From Octopus sinensis (lineage: Eukaryota), in contig NC_043011.1 in NCBI RefSeq assembly GCF_006345805.1, positions 58,106,464 to 58,170,463 on the forward strand: a stretch of 64,000 nucleotides of DNA. The letters run 5' to 3'. The notes under the pieces are model-generated. The model did not search any database, was not told the DNA's origin, and saw only the letters and a program-made list of their open reading frames with translations. The position numbers and the translations under genes were made by a program. Position 1 is the first letter of the stretch; each line of letters starts with the position of its first letter. Positions 49,790-64,000 of this stretch are shown here, piece by piece.

Positions 49790-50325
49790 TTCTACTCTAG
49801 GCACAAGGCCCGAAATATTTGAGGTGGTGGCCAGTCGCTTAGATCAACCCCAGTACGCAACTGTCGACTTTGCCTTCTATCCTTTCGGGGTCGATAAATT
49901 AAGTACCAGTTACGCACTGGGGTCGATGTAATCGACTTAATACTCATGTCTGTCCTTGTTTGTCCCCTCTGTGTTTAGCCCCTTGTGGGTAATAAAGAAA
50001 TAAGTACTTAATTTATTGACCCCGAAAGAATAAAAGGCATAGTCGACCTCGGCGGAATTTGAACTCAGAACGCAAAGATAGATGGAATACCTATTTCTTT
50101 ACTACCCAGGAGGGGCTAAGCACAGAGGGGACAAACAAGGAGAGACAAACGGATTAAGTCGATTTTATCGACCTCAGTGCGTAACTGGTACTTATTCAAT
50201 CGACCCCGAAAGGAAGACAGGCAAAGTCGACCTCGGCGGAATTTAAACTCAGAACGTAACGGCAGACGAAATACGTCTACGTATTTCGCCCGGCGTGCTA
50301 ACGTTTCTGTCAGTTCACCGCCTTA
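49790..50325 (-). mobile_element. Tandem MetaSINE-like element with an internally inverted segment (~49863-50002 on +)
   Basis: Head at 50325-50280 (-), two minus-strand units, a plus-strand body, then a minus-strand alternative tail. Confidence 0.8.
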
Positions 50326-50499
50326 TAAGTAGAATATATATTGAGAATGAAAGAAAGTATGATATAGTTTTTAGAAACTCCCCAAAAAACATTGGGTGAA
50401 TAAATGGTGGGGGGAACCATGCACGAGGAATGTACGATAGCAAGAAAGACAGCGAAACAGTGCGAGAGTGAGCGTAGATATCCTGAGAGACATCCTTAT

Positions 50500-53110
<2,611 letters not shown>

Positions 53111-53311
53111 TATATTATCATTAATGGTGCAAAAAGATCACAGTTATGATCGCAGAATCCCGACGAATGGGAACGTGAAACTCTGAGAAGCAGATTTTTG
53201 TGATATATTTGTGATGTATTTGCAAGCTTTAATAATAAAGCATATTACTCCACCTCCAGTATTTCAGTACTAGTTTCCCCACCTAGTTCCAAATTTATGT
53301 GTTTACTACGG

Positions 53312-53366
<55 letters not shown>

Positions 53367-53799
53367 AATTTAGCGACTTCAATCGTAGCTTCAGTATCTC
53401 TATGGTCATCGTTTAATCCATGTATTTGTCGTTTCGTCCGAAATAATCTGATGACTATATCGGATTCCATCTTACTTAGGATATCAGTGAGTGTACAAAG
53501 AAGAAAAAAACATCAAGAGAAATTCGAAATGTTTAAATAAGATCTTTTATCTTTTGCTTGTTTCACCCATTGGTCTGCGGCCAGCCTGCAGCACTGCCTT
53601 GAATTTCTTTGTCGAAAAAAATCATCCCCAGGACTTATTAGTCGGTTAATATTTTTATGTGTCTCTTTTCCGGAAGCGATAAGATGCGGAAGACGTAAAC
53701 AAACCAAAACTGGTTGTCAAGTGGTGAGACGGACAAACGATTACACAAATCTACACGCATACACAAAACAGGATCACTCACACACACACACACGCGCGT

Positions 53800-53830
<31 letters not shown>

Positions 53831-54678
53831 CAAACACACATACACACACGTAGGTGTAAACACACTCATAGAGACATGTATATACATATATGTACAATGC
53901 ATTTTCGCATAATTTCCTACTAATAAATTGTCTCAGGAAGGCATTGCTCGATTCGGGTCTCGGGTAGACATGTTACGCAGAAGCTATTCTTTGCCCTATC
54001 TTGTAAATCCCTGGTATGGAAATTACTAGTCAAAACTTTAGCAATGATGGATGCTAAAGATGTATTTCTTTTTATATCTTAGAAGAGAGTTCCTATAATA
54101 CTTAATAATGTTTCTAAGACTGCTAGGAAGGAAGGAAGTAATCTCGAACCAGACACCAATTAGAGATGCTTGCAACAGACTGGGTTACACTAAGGCCATC
54201 AAATGACGTCATAGAGGTCTACGGATTGAGTCTACGACACAGGTAAATCTCGGTGGAATTTGTAATCAGATTGAAAAGAACCGAAATATTTTTATCAGAA
54301 AACATCGTAGTCGAGGTCCTTTCAGTTTCACCAAAGTACAGTTCTAGCGAGACTGTGTATATTTTTATCGACTCTAAAAAGACGAAAGACAAAATTAACT
54401 TTGGTGTAATTTTAATTCATATCAGTGCAAAGATTCGGACCAAACACGGCAAGATATTCTGTTCTGCCGGATGTTTTACCTGATAATTCTGATAATTCTC
54501 AGGTAATTATCTGACTCTGATAATTCCTTGCCTTAAAACGGTCAAATACAACGATGCGTTTATACACAATAAAACAAATGGCACGAAATAGAAGCGAAGA
54601 CACTTATTACTAATACTCTGATGATGTTTGCGACTTTATTATATACTCACTTGGTGCATATCAGAGATCGATATGTCA

Positions 54679-54728
<50 letters not shown>

Positions 54729-54799
54729 CAATAGATAGGTAGATAGCTAGATAGATAGATAGAGAGAGATGGATGGATTGATAGACAGATCGATCGATC

Positions 54800-54847
<48 letters not shown>

Positions 54848-55212
54848 TGTTTCTTTATTAGCCACACAGGGCTGCACACAGATAGAACAAATCAAGGTAG
54901 AGCTTCTTTTGAAGGTATTAAAAAAAAAAAAAAAAAAAAAGGAAGGGGGAGGTTCGATCAAAAGGGATCGTAAAAGGAGAGAAAGAGGACAAAAATAAGG
55001 GGGTTAAAAAAAAAAAAAAGGGGGCGGGAGAAAAAAAAAAAAAAATGATCAATAGGGATCGTTATCACAGAAATGTCATATGAAGTGTAAGGGGAGGACA
55101 GGTGAGGTTTACCCGTGGAAAGAAAGCCTGCGGAAAAGACCACGGTAACCTCGGTCAATGAAGTCACATTTATATTTCTTTTTTTTTTTTTTTTTTTTTG
55201 CAAATAAGCAAC

Positions 55213-55213
<1 letters not shown>
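54848..55213 (-). mobile_element. Probable LINE 3' end embedded in (GATA)n
   Basis: Minus strand ends '...cctgtgtggctAATAAAgaaacatatctatctatc'; T-rich UTR-like tracts; (GATA)n on both flanks. Confidence 0.5.
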
Positions 55214-55253
<40 letters not shown>

Positions 55254-55400
55254 GGATGAATGGATGGATGGATGGTTGGATGGATGGATGGATGGATGGA
55301 CAGATAGATCGATTGATGATAGATAGATAGATAGATAAATAGATAGACAGACAGATAGCTAGCTAGATTGATGGGTGGATGGATACATACATATATATAT

Positions 55401-55464
<64 letters not shown>

Positions 55465-55476
55465 GTATATATATAT

Positions 55477-55524
<48 letters not shown>

Positions 55525-55579
55525 GTAGATATATAGATAGATAGATAGATAGATAGATAGAAGATAGATAGATAGATAG

Positions 55580-55645
<66 letters not shown>

Positions 55646-55718
55646 CCTGGATTGATGGATGGATAGAGAGATAGATAGATAAATAGATAAATAGATAATA
55701 GATAATAGATAGATAGAC

Positions 55719-55772
<54 letters not shown>

Positions 55773-55815
55773 GGAGAGAAAGAGAAGAGAGAGCGGGAGA
55801 GAGAGAGAGAGAGAT
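55214..55815. repeat. (GATA)/(GGAT)/(TA)/(GA) microsatellite field
   Basis: Directly visible. Confidence 0.95.
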
Positions 55816-56399
55816 TGCTAACAACTTTCTATGAATATAACCAAATCATTGTATATAAAATTTTAAGTAGAATATTAAATTCAAATGAATTTCTTCAGTG
55901 TAACTTCAGCAAAGCAATATAAAGTTAGAATTAATTTGAAACATGTCAGGTCACCTTATTCCTTAAAGGCGGAACCAATTAGTTTTAAAATTTGTTGGAT
56001 ATTTGTGGAATGTGGTCGACTGAATTTTATTCAAAAATTCTGATTATCTTGTAGAACTCTGATATAAGAGTTGAGGAGAATATTAAAATAAATTGTACAA
56101 AGTGCAAACATTATCTGATTGAGAATTCCAAAGGTTGTGCTGAGTGCCTAGATAGATGTATTATTGGAATGTGATACAGAATTGCAGAATTCTGAGAAGC
56201 CAACGGCAAGACTCAAAGTAGGCTGTTTTATTTTTCACAATACGATGTTTGATCGGAACTGTTGCTAAAAGTATGCAGAGGGAAGCTGTTTGGTTCAATT
56301 CTCCTTCATCTCTCTCGCGCATGCACACTAATTCATAATATTGTTACTCACTTCCGTAGTTTGCTGTAGATCTTGGAAGTACAGTGTAGGATGTGGTTG

Positions 56400-56590
56400 T
56401 CACAAACAGAAGATTGGGTTCCAGATGCCCTTGAATGTGTCGAGGAAGACGGAAACTTTTTAAAAACTGCCATAAAAGTTGATGAATCGTTGTTCATTGG
56501 CCATGACTCAAGATCAAGGCCCAGTCTTTGCTGAGTAAGAACTCCAACACGATTTCAAGGCGTCAAAAAATCCAAGATTGGAACGAGACA
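56400..56590 (+). mobile_element. Mariner-type transposase remnant around the first catalytic Asp
   Basis: ECVEEDGNFLKTAIKVDESLFIGHD, then (frameshift) IKAQS; resembles 'FL..IITGDESW.YGYDPETK.QS'. Confidence 0.5.
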
Positions 56591-56801
56591 GCTACGAGGT
56601 GTCAAGAAAAAAAATTTAATTCCGGGCAAGATTCCACCAATAAAAATGATGCTGGATAAAGTCTGTGGCTTCAGGATGCGACTAATTCGGAGATCGTTAA
56701 TTACCAAATAAATATGTGCTGTTGTTTCCTTTTTAAAGCACCGTTTCCAATACTCTTTCATCAGACCTCGTGTTTACGCGTGTATAAATGTATGTATATG
56801 C

Positions 56802-56845
<44 letters not shown>

Positions 56846-56854
56846 TATATAATA

Positions 56855-56904
<50 letters not shown>

Positions 56905-56981
56905 TTTATATGTGTATGCTTGTATATCTGTATGCATATATCTATGTATGTATGTATTTATTGTATTTATGTATGCATATT

Positions 56982-57030
<49 letters not shown>

Positions 57031-58149
57031 ATTATCAGGCATTTAGGAAAGATGAGCTAGCGTAATATGTATACATGTGATCGTGAACCTTCCCGCTAAG
57101 CCGTCCTATCGTTTTCCTCATTAATCTTTCGCTTTTGAAGACACAAAGCCATAATTTACAGCGATGGCTGCTAAGTTGTTGCGGTCGTACAGTTGTATAC
57201 ATGTTCTCTTGTCGGTGCGGAAAAAATATCTTCGCATTCTTTTCAGCTGTCGAAGAGCAATACTGATATGGTGAATCACGCCACAGCATTTATTCACGGG
57301 AAGATTTAAGCACTACCCTGTAAATAAATGCTATTCCTGCCATTGATTTAGTACTGCCTTTTATTTTATCAATGATATATAAATCATGATAGTATATATT
57401 TAGTACTAAGTGAGGTCTGAGCTAGCAAGAGTTAAGTTTATTGGTTTTCAGATTAATTCAACACCACTGACAGGATATGAAAGCTAGACAGTTTGAATGG
57501 CTATACGACATACTATCGATTTAACGAGCAGTAACCCAAGTAGGAGCTTACTAGGATGAATATAAATGTCATAAGTTAGAAAACTGCTGAGGCAAGAAAA
57601 TTAAAATTCAATACTAGTATGTAACAGAAATATTCGTCCGCAATCATTTTTCTTAAAAGTTATTAGTTATTATGTAATAATTTTTCCCGCAGATTCTTGT
57701 ATAAGTTTAAGTATATAAATTTTTATAGTAATGGAACTAATGTATGCATATATAACTATGTACCAAAAAAATATGCCAAACCTTACCTTCCACTGCTTAT
57801 TACATTCTGCCAAAAGCAACACATTGTCCGCTACACCGGACACAGCACTGAAGTCACTCACGTCTCACACCGATGTTTAATAGAAACACTTCTTTAATGG
57901 AAAGAAAGGCGAATCGTGTCTATTTAGGTGCGTCAGCATGCGGCCACGCAGTTGCTTTTTTAAGGTCAACAGAAGAATGTAGATAGCTGCACACACACAC
58001 ACACACACGATATGTGTATATATATACATCATACACTCTCCCATCTGATGGTTCGGCAATTTCTTTGCTGAACAACCACATTAATGGTTTGTTTATTGTA
58101 GTCAAGTTTTTATCTTCACATAAGCACATTCTTTTCATCGAATCAACAA

Positions 58150-58310
58150 TACCTGTACAGGTGTACGTCGTAGCACATGTCAGATGGCAAAATGAACGTG
58201 TGATTAAGTGTTTTCCTCAAAACCCCAATGCAACGCCCGGTCTGGAATTCGAAATCACGATCTCGCAATCATGAGTGTAACACCCTAACCACTAAGCCAT
58301 GTGCCTTCAG
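58150..58310 (-). mobile_element. tRNA-headed SINE 5' part
   Basis: Minus strand: 'ggcacatggcttagtggttagggtgttacactcatgattgcgagatcgtgatttcgaattccagaccggg...ttgaggaaaacactt'. Confidence 0.7.
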
Positions 58311-60984
58311 ATGTACATGCGTCATACTTTAACAAGAATAGTAATACCTCTTACTTCGAAGTTTCACCCTACCAAGCAATCATTGGACAGTGGTATATCG
58401 TGTTTCATCTTGTCTCTTTTAAGCTTTGAAGCTCTGTTCAATGGGAATTGGGTTTTAGGGTTGGTTGTGGCAAAGAGGTGCTATGGCAATCTTTTATTGA
58501 GTAAATTTGGGTTTGCGTTATTGTTCAGAATTTATTAATGCAAGCAGAGCATTATAATTAAATGTGTTCTTTTACGTGTGTCAGCTTCAGGATATGAGAT
58601 TGTATTTCACGTATTCACAAAAGAATTTCAGTAGATGCTCAATTTATTTTAAATGCTTCACCATTGCATAAATTAATACGCCAAAAATAAAATATGAGAA
58701 GCCAACGCTCGAAACCGAATTCAAGAAATATTTATAAAAACAACCCACAAAGTTTAAAATCTCTACATAGGAATCATAACTTCTAGAACAATGAACTCCT
58801 GGAAAGAAATCTACTGATCAACCAACCTTTTTCACCTGCTACCATTCTTCTGTGAACATTACAGCATAAGATAAACAAACTTCAATACTAAGAAAACCAT
58901 GATATGCTTGACTGGTAACTGGAATCTTGCAAAACAAGCAGGCAAAATCTTCTTAGCAACACCAACAATGACTAAACGAATGCGTAGACAAACTAAACCT
59001 ACCAACGACTGAAATTCTTTAGTGAATTCTTTTAAAACACCCAAATAAACATATCTAATTACAAAGGTTTAAAGGCTGGACTGAATTTCGGAACATTTAA
59101 CCTTCACGTTCTCAATTCAAAAGGTTAAATCTCCCGTTAATATCACAATGAAACCAATAAGAACTAAACAGATCTGTTGACAAATACTTTGCGCCTATTT
59201 TACATTCTTCTGTGAACCCTCAAAGAACAACTGCATGACCCCAAGCTGACACACCTAAAAAGACACATCTTATTACAAAGATCCCATTGTATGAACAGTT
59301 TCTGGACAATACCACAACATCAAATTTAATCAAAAAAATATGCTAAAACACTTATCAATCATGACCTATCGTAATGATCATTTAACAGCGCTCCGCTTAC
59401 CACTGAACAATTTAATTTCACAAAGAATATATAAAGCCAAGATAAATCCATAGTTAACACAGCCCGATGATTTAACTAGTCGAAACTTCGAAGTCACTGT
59501 CAATACTATTCACACACACACATACATACATACAAACATTGGTATATCTATATTTCTGTAATTCTACTGCCTTCTACTACAAAAACACCGCCACAAGGAG
59601 TCACCACCACCTTTTATTTCAGAAGATTACTTCGAGATGTTCTAGAGGACTTAATGAATTTTACATAATTGTTTTGTTGTTGCTGCAAATCAATAACAAA
59701 GAAATAAGGAAAATATGAAAAATATAAAAAAAAACATGATTAAATACTGACACAGTCGCAATCTTTCGATGTACTGTGTTGAAAAGAAAAGAAAAATATT
59801 CTTTTTCTATCTATATGTACGTGTACACAAACATACACAGCCGTTTATAAGGTTTAAGAAATAATTATCTTTCGACGAATCTGTATACAAAATATTTACA
59901 TAATTTTATTACATTCAATATAAAATACATATGAATAAATTCGCAATCATCGAATAAACACCAAAGTTTGCAAAACTCTGGCTTTTATTTGATGATTGTG
60001 AAATTAAATATAAGTCAAATTTTGAATACGAAAATTGCTATAATAAAAGAATGATTACATTTACAAGTCCACAATAGATTTACTTGCAATAGCTTGGCAA
60101 AAGTTTGTTCTGTTACAACCAAAAGAAATTTTGATAGACAACCAACAGGTTTCGAGGGGGTGGAGGATGTCGACCGCATCCATCTCAGCACTTTTTTTAT
60201 AGAGCCCAAAATTCTGAAAGGTAAAGATAACCTTGGAGGAGTTTGAACTCCAAAGACAACCTTGGAGAAGTAGTTTGTCCGGTGTTCTAACAATTTTGCC
60301 ACCACGCCGCTTTCATGGTCTGATTAATAATAAACAAATAGTTAATTGTACAGTGGTGGGAGGGACAGTATCATTTATTTTATTAGTAAACGAGGTAATC
60401 ATTAACGTGCAAATTATACTGGCCATTGTTAACTCATTGTCGAGGCTGTTATATATTTGTGGCGTGTGGTCTATGAATGATTTATAGGAGTGGAGGACAG
60501 AGCCTCACCGCTTCTTCTTGAAACGTTGGCATTGAAATAATTTAGTAATTTTGATAAAAATTAAGATATTAACTTTATTTCTCCAAACAAACTTCATGGA
60601 TATGATGGAGAAATACAGCAGAAAATATCAAAGTGAAACAGTGTTGTTCAAATACAGCACATAATTGTGTTTGTGTGTGTCAGAGAAGACAAGAGATTGG
60701 AAAAGATTTTGGTACTTTTTCACCATTACCGATGTTGAAAAACATGTAGGACATCTCCTTTCACAAATTCTTCTAACAGAGAATCAAAGAATGCATCATC
60801 GAAGTTTTAGTAAGCTTGAATCTGGCCAACGGAGAGATTTCAACGCTGAATTGGTGTGAAGTGCTTATTTCATTTCTATACTCTTTGTAGAGAATTATTT
60901 AAACATTATACCTCGTTCTTACATACTCTCCATTAAGTGTTTTGGGTAATTGTTGGGTAAATTAAAAAATTTGAAGCCTTGTGA

Positions 60985-61240
60985 TTGAATTTGTTAGACA
61001 GAAATTGAAAGAAGCCCCTCGTATATGTATGTATCTTTGTGTCTATCTTTGTCCTCCACCGCCGTGTTGACAACTGGTATTCATGTGTTTACGTGCCCGT
61101 AACTTAATGGCTCGGCAACAGAGAGCGATAGAGTAAGTTCTGGTTTAAAATAATTACTGGGGTCAATTAATTTGGCTAAAAATTCTTCAAGGCGTTGCTC
61201 CAGCGTGGCCCCCACTGTAATCCTTAAAACAAGAAATAAA
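60985..61240 (+). mobile_element. SINE family B 3' two-thirds, diverged
   Basis: 'gaaagaagcccctcgtatat...ttgacaactgg...gtgtttacgtgcccgtaactta...ttcaaggcgttgctccagcgtggcc'. Confidence 0.7.
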
Positions 61241-62189
61241 AGCAAACATAATCTAAAATGTTCTTCGACAAAATCGTGTTATTTGTTATTTATTTCGTGA
61301 CACGTTCATTTGTGTGAATGGGACGTTTCGGGAAAGGACAAGACTTCATTATTGTTCGCAATATCTATGGGGGCTGATGGCGGAATCGGTAGAGCGTTGG
61401 AGTAAATGGCTTACTCTACATCCTCAGTTCACAACCCGTTGATATCGAAAGCTACTCTGATTGATTTCAATTCATTCTTTCCACATTTGTTTGTTATTTG
61501 CATTAACCATTGTTTTTCTAAATAAAAAGGCTAATACGAATTCTACGAGTTATGATTATCTAACTTCCGCACTGAGCCACTCTGTCGATTGATGTATTTC
61601 ATTGAAGTGAGGCCAGTACATGCCAAGCGCTTACTTTATCGATTGCAGATGATGAAAGGGTTAATGTTTACTAGCTTTGCCCCAAGGGTACATAATTTGT
61701 CGAATAAATCAACCAGATTTCGATTCATTTTATTAACCCGAAGAAAAAAATGTCAAAATTGATTCTTTGACAATGAGTTGTGACTCTGTGCCAATGTTTT
61801 TAAAACTCTATAATGTTAGTCTATTTATCATAACATGTGTTCGACCGTTATGCCATTAGTAGCAACAAAGCTCATCTTGCGTTAGATGCTGTTTTTATCT
61901 GTTGACGTCAGAAAGTATAATAGTAAAAATAGGGTTTGAAGTAAGAAGTTAAGGAGAGTTGAAGGCAAGGGTTAAATAGAAAACCGAACGAGAATGATGC
62001 CTTCTATTGTTACAAACTCTATAACTTAATTAAATGCTAATTGTTCAATAACCTCAAATCCATTTCCTAATTTATAATCTTAAATCCTTGCACACGATTA
62101 AACAATATCAGGAAGGAATATAAATGTATTTATCACAATAAAAATATGATAATATATGAAATACGATATCTCTTCATGTTTTAGTAATC

Positions 62190-62474
<285 letters not shown>

Positions 62475-64000
62475 GACAACAAATAACAAAAATTGGGTTG
62501 CGGTAAGTAAGTACGTCCTCTTACGATCTAAGTTTAAATCCGGTTTGGTTCAACTTTCCTATTCTCTCCTTAGGTTAATAAAATTGCAATCGAATTCTGG
62601 TCGTTTTATTCGACAAAATATGTGCCCTTGTGGCAAAGTTAGTAAACATTAATTTTATTAACTCTTTCATCATCTGAAATCGATAAAATAGGTACTTAGC
62701 ATGTCCTGGCTTCACTTCAAACGAACATATCAATCGATATGGTGGCTCTGTGCCAATGTTAGATAACCATAGCTGTTATGGCTTTCATGATTCTTGCTGG
62801 CATTTTTTTTTACTTCGGAAAGCCGTGCTTATTGCAAAAAAGGGAAAAAACAATAAAGGAAAAATGTTCATTGATTTTACGTTAAACATTTTCGAACTAG
62901 CATTAGTTACAATATTTTGTTTCATACTAATCTATTTTAACTAAAACAAACACATTTGGCTATGTTCTCTCCATCGCAAGTTTAACTGTTATTTCTCGTC
63001 TGTCGGGATAAAAACCCCTAACCACAACGATGAAATGTAGTTTCAACGCGAATGGACCCGCATGAAATTGATTCTAATTGTAGTGATGTCTACTAATGTA
63101 AATTAAACAATGAGTATGCAAGCTGAGACTGCCAAACAAAAGCCACAAAAGAAGGAAAAAAAATACCTCTTAAATTAGGAAACTTCAACGTGATGACTTA
63201 TGGTCTTCATAAAACCAAAGAAATTTCCTTCAAATTGAAGATCATCCTCTTAAACACGGGATAAAGTAGTTCTCGGCGTCATTAAAACGACGTATCATTA
63301 ATCCTAGGTTAAGTAACCCCCGTATGAAGGACAGGGAAAATAATATTAATACAGCGTTACCATCAGCTCAATTAAAAACCATTTTGACTACTATACTTAA
63401 CAGCAGGAGCGACGAGACAAAACATCACTTATTCTTATTTTGCATGTTTTATAAATTAATTGAGGAATTGAATGATGATGGTTTTCTCTTTAAAAATAAC
63501 AGAAAATAATATCTTTGTTTCGGAGATAAATGTAAAGTGCTACCAATCATCGTGTGTCTGAAATACACTCCATGATATGCTTATTGACAATCTATAATTA
63601 TAAAAATCAGGGAAGCATCAGTTCCAGCAATAATGAATCTTATTCTGTATAATCTTCCATAATATTAAGAAACTAGATGAAGTCACTTCCTTAATTTTGC
63701 TTGTCGTTATGTCACGGTTGTTCTGGTTTAGATTACTCTTCTTTACATTTGTGACACACTATGTCGTATTGTTCACCGTTTGTTACATTCCCACGTCTTG
63801 TAAATTATTAAAAACATATTTATCATTTTTTTTATAATAACAATATTGTTGTCATTCATAGTATGATAGTGTTAAATCCTTTCCAACCAAATATTTATAT
63901 ACATACATACACACACACACACACACACCACACACACACACATATATATATATATATTATATATATATATATATAATATATATATATATATATACAGGGT

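Noticed and set aside
58691-58722. AGC-CAAC-GCTC-GAAAC resembling an HHR 3' half
   Set aside because: No CTGANGA box, no UH triplet and no stem I pairing.
58800-59460. A/C-skewed stretch suggestive of an old LINE sense strand
   Set aside because: I could not recover any RT or endonuclease motif in the frames examined.
60600-60870. Possible second mariner remnant
   Set aside because: Only vague similarity on either strand; no WVPHEL, DE(S/K)W or YSPDL motif.

Overview
Very AT-rich, microsatellite-saturated animal genomic DNA, intergenic or deep intronic. The repeat families resemble those I recall from Octopus genomes (inference from memory, not checked against a database). I found no credible host protein-coding exon; nearly all listed ORFs are translations of simple repeats. 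Content: (i) many tRNA-headed SINE copies from several modular families; (ii) decayed non-LTR retrotransposon fragments (two restriction-like-endonuclease LINEs, L1/Tx1-like pieces, a Penelope-like endonuclease remnant), several sitting in particular microsatellites; (iii) Helitron, hAT and other MITE-like elements and a mariner remnant; (iv) a 5'-truncated but otherwise well-preserved U2 snRNA copy. The main hidden signal is a set of type I hammerhead ribozyme (HHR) folds in short non-coding elements. One is fully canonical (16063-16125), four are near-canonical (15448-15513, 25150-25184, 48714-48776, 48987-49031) and several are decayed. Three share an unusual extended stem II with compensatory changes in every helix, and one family couples a Pol III tRNA-like head to the HHR in a fold-back arrangement. 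All folds and alignments were done by eye; none is experimentally tested.
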